Shown here: in pieces, positions 55,992-64,000 of the stretch
Layout: the number at the start of each line of letters is the position of its first letter
Position numbering within the stretch: position 1 is the stretch's first letter
Assembly (NCBI GenBank): GCA_963814375.1
Contig: CAWFCQ010000004.1
Location: 96,001 to 160,000, forward strand
Direction of reading: 5' to 3'
DNA length: 64,000 bases
Source: an uncultured Chloroflexia bacterium
Lineage (GTDB): Bacteria > Chloroflexota > Limnocylindria > QHBO01
The notes under the pieces: generated by a model
What the model was told of the DNA's origin: nothing
The model's input: only the letters and a program-made list of their open reading frames with translations
The model's database searches: none
Position numbers and translations under genes: made by a program

Positions 55992-56552
55992 TTGATCAGC
56001 ACCGGCGACGTCAAGAAGGGCGTCATCATCGAGCTCGACGGCCAGCTCATGAAGGTCCTCGACTGGTCCCACATCAAGGTGGCCCGTGGCTCGGCGCAGG
56101 TTCGGATGAAGCTCCAGAACGTGCGCAAGGGCGACATCGTCGAGCGCACCTTCCAGGCGGGGACGCGCTGGCCGCGGGCGCGCGTCGAGCAGCGCAAGGC
56201 GCAGTACCTCTACAACGACGGAAGCTCGTACCACTTCATGGACACCGAGACCTACGACCAGTTCGCGATCGGCGGCACGATGATCGGCGAGGACGCGCAG
56301 TTCCTGCTCGAGAACACCGAGGTCTTCGTCAGCAGTCATGACAGTGAGGTGCTGGGGATCGACCTGCCGGTGACGGTCGACCTGCGCGTGACCGACACCG
56401 AGCCGGGCTTCGCCGGCGACACCGCGACTGGCGCCAAGAAGGCGGCGACGGTCGAGACCGGCCTGGTGGTGCAGGTCCCGCTCTTCGTGACCACCGGCGA
56501 CCTGCTGCGGGTCGACACGCGCACGGGCGAGTACGTCACGCGAGTTCAGTGA
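55992..56552 (+). CDS. efp: Elongation factor P with an Arg32 loop
   Basis: HIKVARGSA loop, QYLY, FMD.ETYDQ, GDTA, ETG..VQVPLF, DTRTGEY..R; TTG start. Confidence 0.95.
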   Translation: MISTGDVKKGVIIELDGQLMKVLDWSHIKVARGSAQVRMKLQNVRKGDIVERTFQAGTRWPRARVEQRKAQYLYNDGSSYHFMDTETYDQFAIGGTMIGEDAQFLLENTEVFVSSHDSEVLGIDLPVTVDLRVTDTEPGFAGDTATGAKKAATVETGLVVQVPLFVTTGDLLRVDTRTGEYVTRVQ

Positions 56553-57880
56553 CGGTGGCGGAGCAGCGCTCGCTCTGGGACCAGCCCGAGCCGCCCGAGC
56601 CGCCCGAGCCAACGCCGCCCGAGCCAAGGCCGAGCCAACCCTCGCCGCCCCAGCCACGGCCGAGCCCGCGCATCCTGCGCGTCACCGACCTGAATCGGCG
56701 CGTCCGCAGCCTCCTCGACGCCGATGCGACGCTCGCCGACGTCTGGGTCGAGGGCGAGGTCAGCCAGCCCTCCTTCCCGCCATCCGGGCATTGCTTTTTC
56801 ACGCTCAAGGACTCGACCAGCCAGATCCGCGCCGCCCTCTTCCGCGAGGAGCTGGCACGGGTCGCGGTGCCGCCGGCGCACGGGATGAACGTCATCGTCC
56901 ACGGACGGGTCCGCGCCTACGAGCCGCAGGGCGTCTATCAGCTGTACGTGGAGTCGGTGACGCCCGCCGGCGCCGGCGACCTGCATGCCCGATACGAGCA
57001 GCTGCGCACGAAGCTCGCCGCCGAAGGGCTCTTCGACGATGCGCGCAAGCGGGAGGTGCCGCGCTGGCCGCGGCGCATCGGGGTCGTGACCTCTCCACAG
57101 GGCGCGGTCTGGCGCGACATCGGCAACATCCTCCGCCGCCGATATCCGATGGTCGAGCTCGTGCTCAGCCCGAGCGTCGTGCAGGGCGCAGCTGCTGCCC
57201 CCACCATCGTCCGTGCCCTCCAGCGCCTCTACGCGATCGGCGATCTCGACACGATTCTGCTGGCCCGCGGCGGCGGCTCGCTCGAGGACCTGTGGAGCTT
57301 CAACGACGAACGAGTCGTGCGGGCGGTGCGGGCCTCGCCGGTCCCGATCATCGTCGGGGTCGGCCACGAGTCGGACGTCACGCTCGCCGACTTCGCCGCC
57401 GATCTGCGTGCGCCGACGCCAAGCGCTGCCGCGGAGCTCGCCACCCCCGACGGGACGCAGCTGCTCGCCATCCTGGGCCGGCTGCGCGATCGGGCGGGGA
57501 CGGCGCTGCTGGGGCGAGCGACAGAGCGGCGCCGGTTCGTCGACGCCGAGGGCCGCGCGCTGGCACGCCTGGCGCCGGACATCGGGGCGGCGCGGCAGCG
57601 AACGTCTGACCTGCTCGGTCGCGGGGCGAGAGCCCTCGGCGATCGTGTCGAGCGCCGACGCCTGCTCCTGGCTTCCACGCAGGACGCGCTGCGAACGCTC
57701 TCGCCCGCGGCGACGCTCGAGCGCGGTTACGCCGTCGCCCGAACCGCGGATGGGAAGATCCTTCGCGATGCGAGCGCAACAGCAGCCGGGGAGGAGCTTC
57801 ACGTGATCGTCGCGCGGGGTGCCGTGGACACGCGCGTCGAGCACACGCGGCCCGACGCCACCGAGGAGCTGCTCTCATGA
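56549..57880 (+). CDS. xseA: Exodeoxyribonuclease VII large subunit with a Pro-rich N-terminal extension
   Basis: WVEGEVS, SGH.FFTLKD, RGGGSLEDLW.FN.E, GVGHESD, APTPSAAAE, LERGYA. Confidence 0.95.
   Translation: MTVAEQRSLWDQPEPPEPPEPTPPEPRPSQPSPPQPRPSPRILRVTDLNRRVRSLLDADATLADVWVEGEVSQPSFPPSGHCFFTLKDSTSQIRAALFREELARVAVPPAHGMNVIVHGRVRAYEPQGVYQLYVESVTPAGAGDLHARYEQLRTKLAAEGLFDDARKREVPRWPRRIGVVTSPQGAVWRDIGNILRRRYPMVELVLSPSVVQGAAAAPTIVRALQRLYAIGDLDTILLARGGGSLEDLWSFNDERVVRAVRASPVPIIVGVGHESDVTLADFAADLRAPTPSAAAELATPDGTQLLAILGRLRDRAGTALLGRATERRRFVDAEGRALARLAPDIGAARQRTSDLLGRGARALGDRVERRRLLLASTQDALRTLSPAATLERGYAVARTADGKILRDASATAAGEELHVIVARGAVDTRVEHTRPDATEELLS
56584..56667 (+). repeat. Tandem Pro-coding repeats in the xseA 5' end
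   Basis: CCGCCCGAG units and two imperfect ~24 nt copies encoding PPEPRPS / PPQPRPS. Confidence 0.75.
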
Positions 57881-58137
57881 CTGACGACGCGGCGCTCGCC
57901 GCGCTCAGCGACGAGGAGCTCGCGGGCCGACCCTTCGACGAGCTGGTGGCCGCCCTCCAGCGCACCGTGCAGGGGCTCGAGGCGGGGAGCGTCGGCCTCG
58001 AGGAGAGCATCGAGCTCTACAAGCGCGGGCTGCGCCTCCACGCAGCATGCGAGACGCGGCTGCGCGAGGCAGAGCTGACGATCACCGAGCTCGGCCGCCG
58101 CGGGGCCTCCGCGCCGGAGACTCCGGAGAGCTCGTAA
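57877..58137 (+). CDS. xseB: Exodeoxyribonuclease VII small subunit
   Basis: FDE....L...V..LE.G...LEES..LY.RG..L...C...L..AE. Confidence 0.9.
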   Translation: MTDDAALAALSDEELAGRPFDELVAALQRTVQGLEAGSVGLEESIELYKRGLRLHAACETRLREAELTITELGRRGASAPETPESS

Positions 58138-58147
58138 GCGAGCGCGC

Positions 58148-58966
58148 TCAGGCCTCGTCGGCGAAGCGAGCGTCGAGCTCCGCTCCCGGCGTGGCCCGCT
58201 CGATCCACCCGAAGGTTCCCGAGCCGGCGGTTTCGGTCATGGCGGCCAGGAAGCCGGACCAGGCGGCGCGCGCCAGCTGGCCGCCCACGCTGATCCGTCG
58301 CACGCCGAGCGCCGCCATCTCGGCGACGGAACCGACCTCGCTGCCGGCCAGCACGTTCACCGGCTTCGGCGCCACCGCCTCGACGACCGCGCGAATCTCG
58401 GCCTCGGTCTTGAGCCTCGGCGCGTAGAGGCAGTCGGCGCCGGCCTCGGAGTACGCCAGGAGGCGGGTGATCGTGTCATCGAGGTCCGGGCGTCCGACGA
58501 CGTACCCTTCCGAGCGACCGACGAGGACGACCCCGCTCCCGCTGGCGTCGATCGCGGCACGGGCGGCACGGATGCGCTCGACAGCAAAGGGCAGGTCGTA
58601 CAGCGGCTCGTCGGGGTCCCGCGTGGAGTCCTCGATCGACAGCCCCGCGATGCCCGTCTCGACCGCGGCGGTGACGTTCGCGGCGACGCCGTCGGGCTCG
58701 ACGGCGAAGCCGCCCTCGAAGTCTGCGTTGACCGGCACGCTCACCGCCGCGCTGATCGTGCGCAGGTGCTCCAGCTCGGCCTCGAGGCTGACCTGGTTGT
58801 CGGCGCGGCCGAGGGACCAGGCCATGCCGGCGCTGGTCGTGGCGAGCGCCGGGAACCCGAACTGCTCTAGCGCCACCGCGGTTCCGACGTCCCAGGGGTT
58901 GGGGATGACGAAGCATCCGGACTCGTGAAGGGCGCGGAAGGCCGCCACCCGCTCCGATTGGCTCAT
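58148..58966 (-). CDS. Isocitrate lyase/PEP mutase family protein
   Basis: PNPWD, ATTSAG, VNADFEGG, IEDS, AGADCLY, RRISVG. Confidence 0.88.
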   Translation of the reverse strand: MSQSERVAAFRALHESGCFVIPNPWDVGTAVALEQFGFPALATTSAGMAWSLGRADNQVSLEAELEHLRTISAAVSVPVNADFEGGFAVEPDGVAANVTAAVETGIAGLSIEDSTRDPDEPLYDLPFAVERIRAARAAIDASGSGVVLVGRSEGYVVGRPDLDDTITRLLAYSEAGADCLYAPRLKTEAEIRAVVEAVAPKPVNVLAGSEVGSVAEMAALGVRRISVGGQLARAAWSGFLAAMTETAGSGTFGWIERATPGAELDARFADEA

Positions 58967-58995
58967 GACGATCACGGTAGCATCGGCTCCGAGCC

Positions 58996-59439
58996 ATGAC
59001 GACCGACATCCGCATCAGGCCGATGCGTCCCACGGACGCGACCGGCGTCGCCGAGCTCGCCACCCAGCTCGGCTATCCCTCGACAGCGGATGACATCGTC
59101 CATCGGCTCACCGAGCTCGACGCGCATCCGCGTGCGGTGGCGCTCGTCGCGGTCGATGTTGCCGACGAGCCGCTCGGCTGGATCCAGGTCGAATGCACGC
59201 CGTCGCTGGCGGTCGGCGACACGGCGCTCATCGGCGGGCTGGTGGTGGACGAGGCGCACCGGTCGGGACGCATTGGCACGGCGCTGCTTGAGGCGGGGGA
59301 GTCGTGGGCGCGCGAGCACGGCGCCCAGGCGATGACGGTGTCATCGCGGATCGCCCGCGAGCGGGCGCATCGGTTCTACGAGCGCGAAGGGTACGAGCGG
59401 CTGAAGACAAGCCACATCTTCGTCAAGCCGCTCGTCTGA
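58996..59439 (+). CDS. GNAT acetyltransferase
   Basis: LVVDEAHRSGRIGTALL acetyl-CoA motif, AHRFYEREGY. Confidence 0.9.
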   Translation: MTTDIRIRPMRPTDATGVAELATQLGYPSTADDIVHRLTELDAHPRAVALVAVDVADEPLGWIQVECTPSLAVGDTALIGGLVVDEAHRSGRIGTALLEAGESWAREHGAQAMTVSSRIARERAHRFYEREGYERLKTSHIFVKPLV

Positions 59440-59495
59440 AGGGCCAAGCACCCCGCCGTATACTTTCGTGCGACCCAGGGAGGACACGTTTTTCA

Positions 59496-61439
59496 TTGAC
59501 ACTGCTCGAGACCATCCACGAGCCGCGCCAGCTCCGTGACCTGACCCCGGAGCAGCTCGAATCGCTCGCCGCCGAGCTTCGCGAGAAGATGATCCGCACG
59601 GTCAAGCAGACCGGCGGCCACCTCGCGAGCTCATTGGGGACGGTGGAGCTGACCTTGGCCCTGCATCGCGTCATGGACTCGCCGCGCGATCGGATCGTGT
59701 GGGATACCGGGCACCAGGCGTACGCCCACAAGCTCCTCACCGGCCGATGGGATCGCTTCGAGACCCTGCGCCAGGTCGGCGGCGTCGGCGGTTTTCCCCG
59801 CCGCAGCGAGAGCGAGCACGACGTCTTCGACGGCGGCCACGCCGGCACCGGCGTCAGCATCGGCGTCGGGCTCGCAGCCGCCCGGGACCTGAAGTCGCGC
59901 TCCGACCCGGCGCGGCGCCAGCGGATCGCAGTCTGCGTCGGTGACGCCGCGATCGGCTCCGGCCTGACGATGGAGGCGCTCAACCATCTCGGTCACGTTC
60001 GGCACCCGATGCTCATCGTCCTGAACGACAACGAAATGAGCATCAGCCCGTCCGTCGGCGGCCTCTCCACCCGCCTCAACAAGATGCGCCTCTCGCGGGC
60101 GTACCAGGAGACGAAGTCGGCCACCTCGCGCGCCCTGCCCCGCGTGCCCGTGGTCGGCGAGCCCGTCTATCGGCTGCTCGGTTGGGCGAAGGAGGGCTTC
60201 AAGCGCTCGTGGGCCAGGGTCGGATTCTTCGAGGACATGGGCATCACGTACATCGGGGTTCTCGACGGCCATGACCTGGCCGAGCTCGAGAGCGCCTTCG
60301 AGGCCGCGTTCAAGATCCGTTCGCCGGTGCTCGTCCACGTCAAGACGATCAAGGGGCGCGGCTACGCGCCGGCGGAGCTCGACTCGATGACGTTCCACGG
60401 CGCCTCGCTGCCGCCGATCGACCTGGCCCTGATCGACCCGACCGAGGAGCCGCTGCCGGCCGACTCCGCCGCGGCGCGCAAGCCGAAGACGTACACCCAG
60501 ACCTTCGTGGAGGAGCTCGTTCGGCTGGCCGAGGTGGACCGGCGCATCTGCGCCATCACCGCCGGCATGCCGACCGGCACCGGTCTCTCCCGCTTCGGGG
60601 ATCGCTTCCCGGCGCGCTTCCACGACGTCGGCATCGCCGAGCAGCACGCGGTCGCCCTCGCGACGGGGCTCGCCTTGGCCGGCCTCCGCCCGGTCGTGGC
60701 GCTCTACTCCACCTTCAGCCAGCGCGCCTACGACCAGCTGGTCCACGACGTCTGCCAGAACGACGCCCCGGTGCTCCTGGGGCTCGACCGCTCGGGCCTC
60801 GTCGGCGAGGACGGCACCAGCCACCAGGGTATGTTCATGCTCCCGGCCATGCGCTCGCTGCCGAACCTCGTGATCGGCTCTCCCAAGGACGAGCAGGAGC
60901 TGCGCGATCTCGTCGTCACCGGTCTGGCGCATGCCGGCCCGGTCGCCCTGCTCTATCCGCGCGACGCCGGCGAGGACGTCGCCGACCGCGAGGGAACGCA
61001 GATCGAGATCGGCCGGGGCGAGGTGCTGCGCGAGGGCAGCGACCTGCTGTTCGTCGGGTTCGGGCCGATAGTGCAGCGCCTGCTCTGGGTCGCTTCAGAG
61101 CTCGAGGCCGATGGGCTGGCCGCCACCGTCATCAACGCGCGATGGGCCAAGCCGATGGACGAGGCCCTCATCGCCGAGCACGCGACCGGCAAGCGGCTGG
61201 TCGTGACCGCCGAGGAGTCGGCGGCGATGGGCGGCTTCGGTGATGGCGTCCTGGACGCGCTGAATCGAGCCGACGTGCGGGTGCCGCTGCACAAGATCGC
61301 CCTCGTCGAGGGCTTCGTTCACCATGGTGGCGTGGACGACCTGCGCGCCCAGCAGCGAATCGATGGCCCCGGCATGCTGGCCCAGGTGCGCGAGGCCCTC
61401 GGAGTCTCCGCCGCCCGCTCGAAGGTCACCGCCGCCTAG
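59496..61439 (+). CDS. dxs: 1-deoxy-D-xylulose-5-phosphate synthase
   Basis: GGHL...LG.VEL, WDTGHQAYAHK, GD...EALN, LNDNEMSI, VGIAEQHA, DRSGLVGEDG..H; GGGAGG before TTG. Confidence 0.96.
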   Translation: MTLLETIHEPRQLRDLTPEQLESLAAELREKMIRTVKQTGGHLASSLGTVELTLALHRVMDSPRDRIVWDTGHQAYAHKLLTGRWDRFETLRQVGGVGGFPRRSESEHDVFDGGHAGTGVSIGVGLAAARDLKSRSDPARRQRIAVCVGDAAIGSGLTMEALNHLGHVRHPMLIVLNDNEMSISPSVGGLSTRLNKMRLSRAYQETKSATSRALPRVPVVGEPVYRLLGWAKEGFKRSWARVGFFEDMGITYIGVLDGHDLAELESAFEAAFKIRSPVLVHVKTIKGRGYAPAELDSMTFHGASLPPIDLALIDPTEEPLPADSAAARKPKTYTQTFVEELVRLAEVDRRICAITAGMPTGTGLSRFGDRFPARFHDVGIAEQHAVALATGLALAGLRPVVALYSTFSQRAYDQLVHDVCQNDAPVLLGLDRSGLVGEDGTSHQGMFMLPAMRSLPNLVIGSPKDEQELRDLVVTGLAHAGPVALLYPRDAGEDVADREGTQIEIGRGEVLREGSDLLFVGFGPIVQRLLWVASELEADGLAATVINARWAKPMDEALIAEHATGKRLVVTAEESAAMGGFGDGVLDALNRADVRVPLHKIALVEGFVHHGGVDDLRAQQRIDGPGMLAQVREALGVSAARSKVTAA

Positions 61440-61440
61440 G

Positions 61441-62172
61441 GTGGCGCGGATTCGACTCGACCAGCTGCTGACCGAGCGCGGCCTGGCGCGGTCGCGCGCC
61501 GAGGCCCAGGCGCTCATCCACGCCGGCGACGTCGAGCTCGACGGAAACCGCCGCCTCAAGCCCGGCCAGCTCGTGGCCTCCGACGCGGCCGTGTCGCTGC
61601 TCGCCAAGCCAAAGTGGGCGAGCCGGGCGGGCGTCAAGCTCGAGCACGCGCTCGACGCCTTCGAGATCGACCCGACGGGGCTGGCGTGCCTCGACGCGGG
61701 CGCCTCGACCGGCGGCTTCACCGATGTGCTTCTCGCGCGCGGAGCGCGGATCGTCTATGCCGTCGATGTCGGGCGCGCCCAGCTCATCCAGCGCCTTCGC
61801 GAAGATCCGCGCGTGGTCAGCATGGAACGAACGAACCTGCGCGAGCTTGACGAGCTTCCCGAGCCGATCGACCTCGTCACCCTGGATCTCAGTTTCATCA
61901 GCCTTCGGCTCGTCCTGCCCGCGGTGCGCAATCTGCTGACCGATGCGGGCCGTGCCGTCGTCCTCGTCAAGCCGCAGTTCGAGGCCGGCCGTGAGGACGT
62001 CCCGCGCGGCGGCGTGGTCAGCGATCCCGCGACCTGGGAGCGAGTCGTGAGCGAGGTCGCCTCGGCCGCCGAGGCGCTCGGCTTCGACGCAGGGCAGGCC
62101 CTTCGCTCGCCGATCGCCGGATCGGACGGGAACATCGAGTTCCTGATGGCGCTCGGCGTGCGCGCGACCTGA
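61441..62172 (+). CDS. tlyA: TlyA-family rRNA 2'-O-methyltransferase
   Basis: S4 domain RLDQLL, SRAG.KL, DAGASTGGFTD, DLSFISL, VKPQFE, GNIEF. Confidence 0.94.
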   Translation: MARIRLDQLLTERGLARSRAEAQALIHAGDVELDGNRRLKPGQLVASDAAVSLLAKPKWASRAGVKLEHALDAFEIDPTGLACLDAGASTGGFTDVLLARGARIVYAVDVGRAQLIQRLREDPRVVSMERTNLRELDELPEPIDLVTLDLSFISLRLVLPAVRNLLTDAGRAVVLVKPQFEAGREDVPRGGVVSDPATWERVVSEVASAAEALGFDAGQALRSPIAGSDGNIEFLMALGVRAT

Positions 62173-62174
62173 TC

Positions 62175-62190
62175 GTATATACGTATATAC
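62175..62190. promoter_or_regulatory. Perfect 16 bp AT-rich palindrome, candidate operator
   Basis: GTATATACGTATATAC is self-complementary and also a tandem of GTATATAC. Confidence 0.55.
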
Positions 62191-62242
62191 TCCGCTGCGA
62201 TCAGCGGCCGGCTGTACGACGCGCGTATTACGATCACCCCCG

Positions 62243-62587
62243 ATGAAGCGCAGAAGCGCGACGGCGCCGCAGATCGAGCAGCTCGGAATCGGCTTCGAGG
62301 GCATCGAGGTCGTCGAGCCCGAGGGGCACGAACCCTCGCCGGACACGATGCGTCAGATCGTCAGCCTGCGCATGCCCGACGCTCTGCTGACCCGGGTCGA
62401 GGAGGCGGCGCAGGCGCGCGGCGTGTCACCGTCGAGCCTCATGCGGGCGCTCATCGCGGCCGGTCTCGACCGCTCGTACGCCGCGGTTCGCGAGCCGAGC
62501 GAGTTGGCCGCCGAGCTGGCCGAGCTTCGGCGCAGCGTGGATCGGATCGCGGCGCAGCTGGCGGCGGGTGAGACCGAGCGCGAATGA
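62243..62587 (+). CDS. Ribbon-helix-helix (CopG-like) DNA-binding protein with a coiled-coil tail
   Basis: IVSLRMP..LL..VEEAA..RGVSPS.LMR.LI pattern. Confidence 0.72.
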   Translation: MKRRSATAPQIEQLGIGFEGIEVVEPEGHEPSPDTMRQIVSLRMPDALLTRVEEAAQARGVSPSSLMRALIAAGLDRSYAAVREPSELAAELAELRRSVDRIAAQLAAGETERE

Positions 62588-63420
62588 AGCGCATCGGCTT
62601 CGCGTACAACCCCTACAACGACCGTGCACCGGCCCTCCTGGAGCGCGGTCGAGCCTGGTGCCGCGATCACGGGATCGACGCGTGGGATGCGTCGGGCGAC
62701 GCGCACGACAAGATGCGCGACGAGCTGACCAGCACCGATCTCGTCTGCGTCCTCGGCGGCGACGGGACGTTCCTGCGAACCGCGCGCGCCATCGGCGGTT
62801 CTGGCGTGCCAGCGCTGGGGGTGAACCTGGGGCGCATCGGCTTCCTGGCAAAGGTCGAATCCGACGGTCTGGAGCATGCGCTCGACCAGGTCCTGGCCGG
62901 CGACTACCAGGTCGAGGACCGCTTTCGCATCTCGGTTCGCCTCGTGCGGGCCGACGGGGGCACCGAGGAGCACGCGTGCCTGAACGAGGTCGTCGTGGCG
63001 CGTGGCACCCGCGTCCGGATGATCCAGCTCGAGGTCGAGGTCTCCGGATCCCATCTGGCCACCTACGTGGCCGATGCGGTCGTTGTCGCCACGCCGACGG
63101 GCTCGACGGCGTACAGCTTCAGCGCGGGCGGCTCGATCCTCGACCCCCGCCTGCGCAACATGGTCATCACGCCGGTGGCCGCATACCTCTCTCCCCTGCA
63201 CAGCGTGGTGGCCGGCGAGGATCACGAGGTCGACCTCACGCTGCGCGAGGCTCACGACGGGGCGCTCGTCAGCCTCGACGGGCAGATCGACCTGCCGATG
63301 CAGATCGGCGATCGAGTCGAAGTCCGCGCCCTGGCCGAGCCGATGCGCATGGTCGAGCCGACCGGCAGCACGCCGTTCTACGACCTGCTGCGCACCAAGG
63401 CATCGCTCCTCCCGTATTGA
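62584..63420 (+). CDS. nadK: NAD kinase
   Basis: LGGDGT, GVNLG.IGFL, LNE, ATPTGSTAYS.SAGG, DGQ. Confidence 0.95.
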   Translation: MKRIGFAYNPYNDRAPALLERGRAWCRDHGIDAWDASGDAHDKMRDELTSTDLVCVLGGDGTFLRTARAIGGSGVPALGVNLGRIGFLAKVESDGLEHALDQVLAGDYQVEDRFRISVRLVRADGGTEEHACLNEVVVARGTRVRMIQLEVEVSGSHLATYVADAVVVATPTGSTAYSFSAGGSILDPRLRNMVITPVAAYLSPLHSVVAGEDHEVDLTLREAHDGALVSLDGQIDLPMQIGDRVEVRALAEPMRMVEPTGSTPFYDLLRTKASLLPY

Positions 63421-63434
63421 GCTGACCTGAGCCG

Positions 63435-64000
63435 ATGCCGCTGCGCGAGCTGACCGTCGAGAACCTGGCGGTGGTCGAGTCGGTCCGCCTGTCGCTCGAA
63501 CCGGGTTTCACGGTGCTCACCGGCGAGACCGGCGCCGGCAAGTCCCTGGTGGTCGATGCCGTCGCGCTCGCCCTCGGTGCTCGCGCCAGCTCCGACCAGG
63601 TGCGCGCCGGGAGCGACGCCGCACGTGTCGAGGCGGTCTTCGATGCCCCCGCGGCCCTCGACGACGATCCGCTCGCCGACGTGGTTGCCGCCGGCGATGG
63701 CGTCGTCATCGTTCGACGCGACGTGGGCGTGGAGGGCCGTTCTTCGGTCCGGGTCAACGACCGTGCGGTCACGGTGGGCGGGCTCGCCACACTCGGCGCG
63801 CGGCTGGGGGAGATCCACGGCCAGCACGACCAGCAGCGGCTCCTGGAGCCGGCTCGCCAACTCGCGCTGCTGGACGGCTTCGGCGGGCACGAGCCGCTGC
63901 TCGCGGCGGTTGCCGGCGCCCACCGGGCGTGGCGGGCGACCATGGCGGCCTCTGCCGAGATGCTGACCGATGCGCACGAGCTCGCGCGCCGGGTCGAGCT
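63435..64000 (+). CDS. recN: DNA repair protein RecN, 3' part outside window
   Basis: ATG at 63435 reads MPLRELTVENLAVV...LTGETGAGKS...EIHGQHDQ..LL; follows nadK. Confidence 0.93.
   Translation, partial: MPLRELTVENLAVVESVRLSLEPGFTVLTGETGAGKSLVVDAVALALGARASSDQVRAGSDAARVEAVFDAPAALDDDPLADVVAAGDGVVIVRRDVGVEGRSSVRVNDRAVTVGGLATLGARLGEIHGQHDQQRLLEPARQLALLDGFGGHEPLLAAVAGAHRAWRATMAASAEMLTDAHELARRVE

Noticed and set aside
772-61294. Many long antisense ORFs (e.g. 772-2586, 24865-28503, 30782-33376, 47104-50382)
   Set aside because: They mirror well-supported genes, have no recognisable motifs, and are expected in high-GC DNA with few stop codons
1-64000. tRNA, rRNA, tmRNA or IS elements
   Set aside because: No cloverleaf or rRNA signatures in the short intergenic gaps and no transposase-like ORF recognised

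Overview
A 64 kb, very GC-rich bacterial chromosomal segment made mostly of housekeeping genes on the + strand. Gene content and order (ftsH, comM-dprA-topA-xerC, murJ-fem-murE-fem, rel-hisS-aspS, iscS-mnmA, alaS-ftsA-like-baseplate-J-like-ruvX-mltG-pepP-efp-xseAB-dxs-tlyA-nadK-recN) look like a peptidoglycan-making Chloroflexota genome, possibly Limnocylindria-like; this taxonomy is my inference only. I found no rRNA, tRNA, CRISPR array, transposase or prophage. Six genes (one of them tentatively) are broken by frameshifts that each need one extra base removed, which most likely reflects long-read insertion errors. The best leads are: (i) an FtsA-like actin-fold ATPase coupled to a membrane-anchored baseplate-J-like protein inside the alaS-ruvX-mltG operon; (ii) a DnaB-like ATPase lacking its N-terminal domain, paired with a J-domain/FGRY-domain protein; (iii) a diverged ~136 bp intergenic element present twice, 50 kb apart, in opposite orientation; (iv) an Arg32-type EF-P coupled to an XseA with a proline-rich leader; (v) a non-DAP-type MurE flanked by two Fem ligases and a YbaK editing protein; (vi) a duplicated topA 5' end. 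All calls come from reading motifs by eye; no database searches were run.
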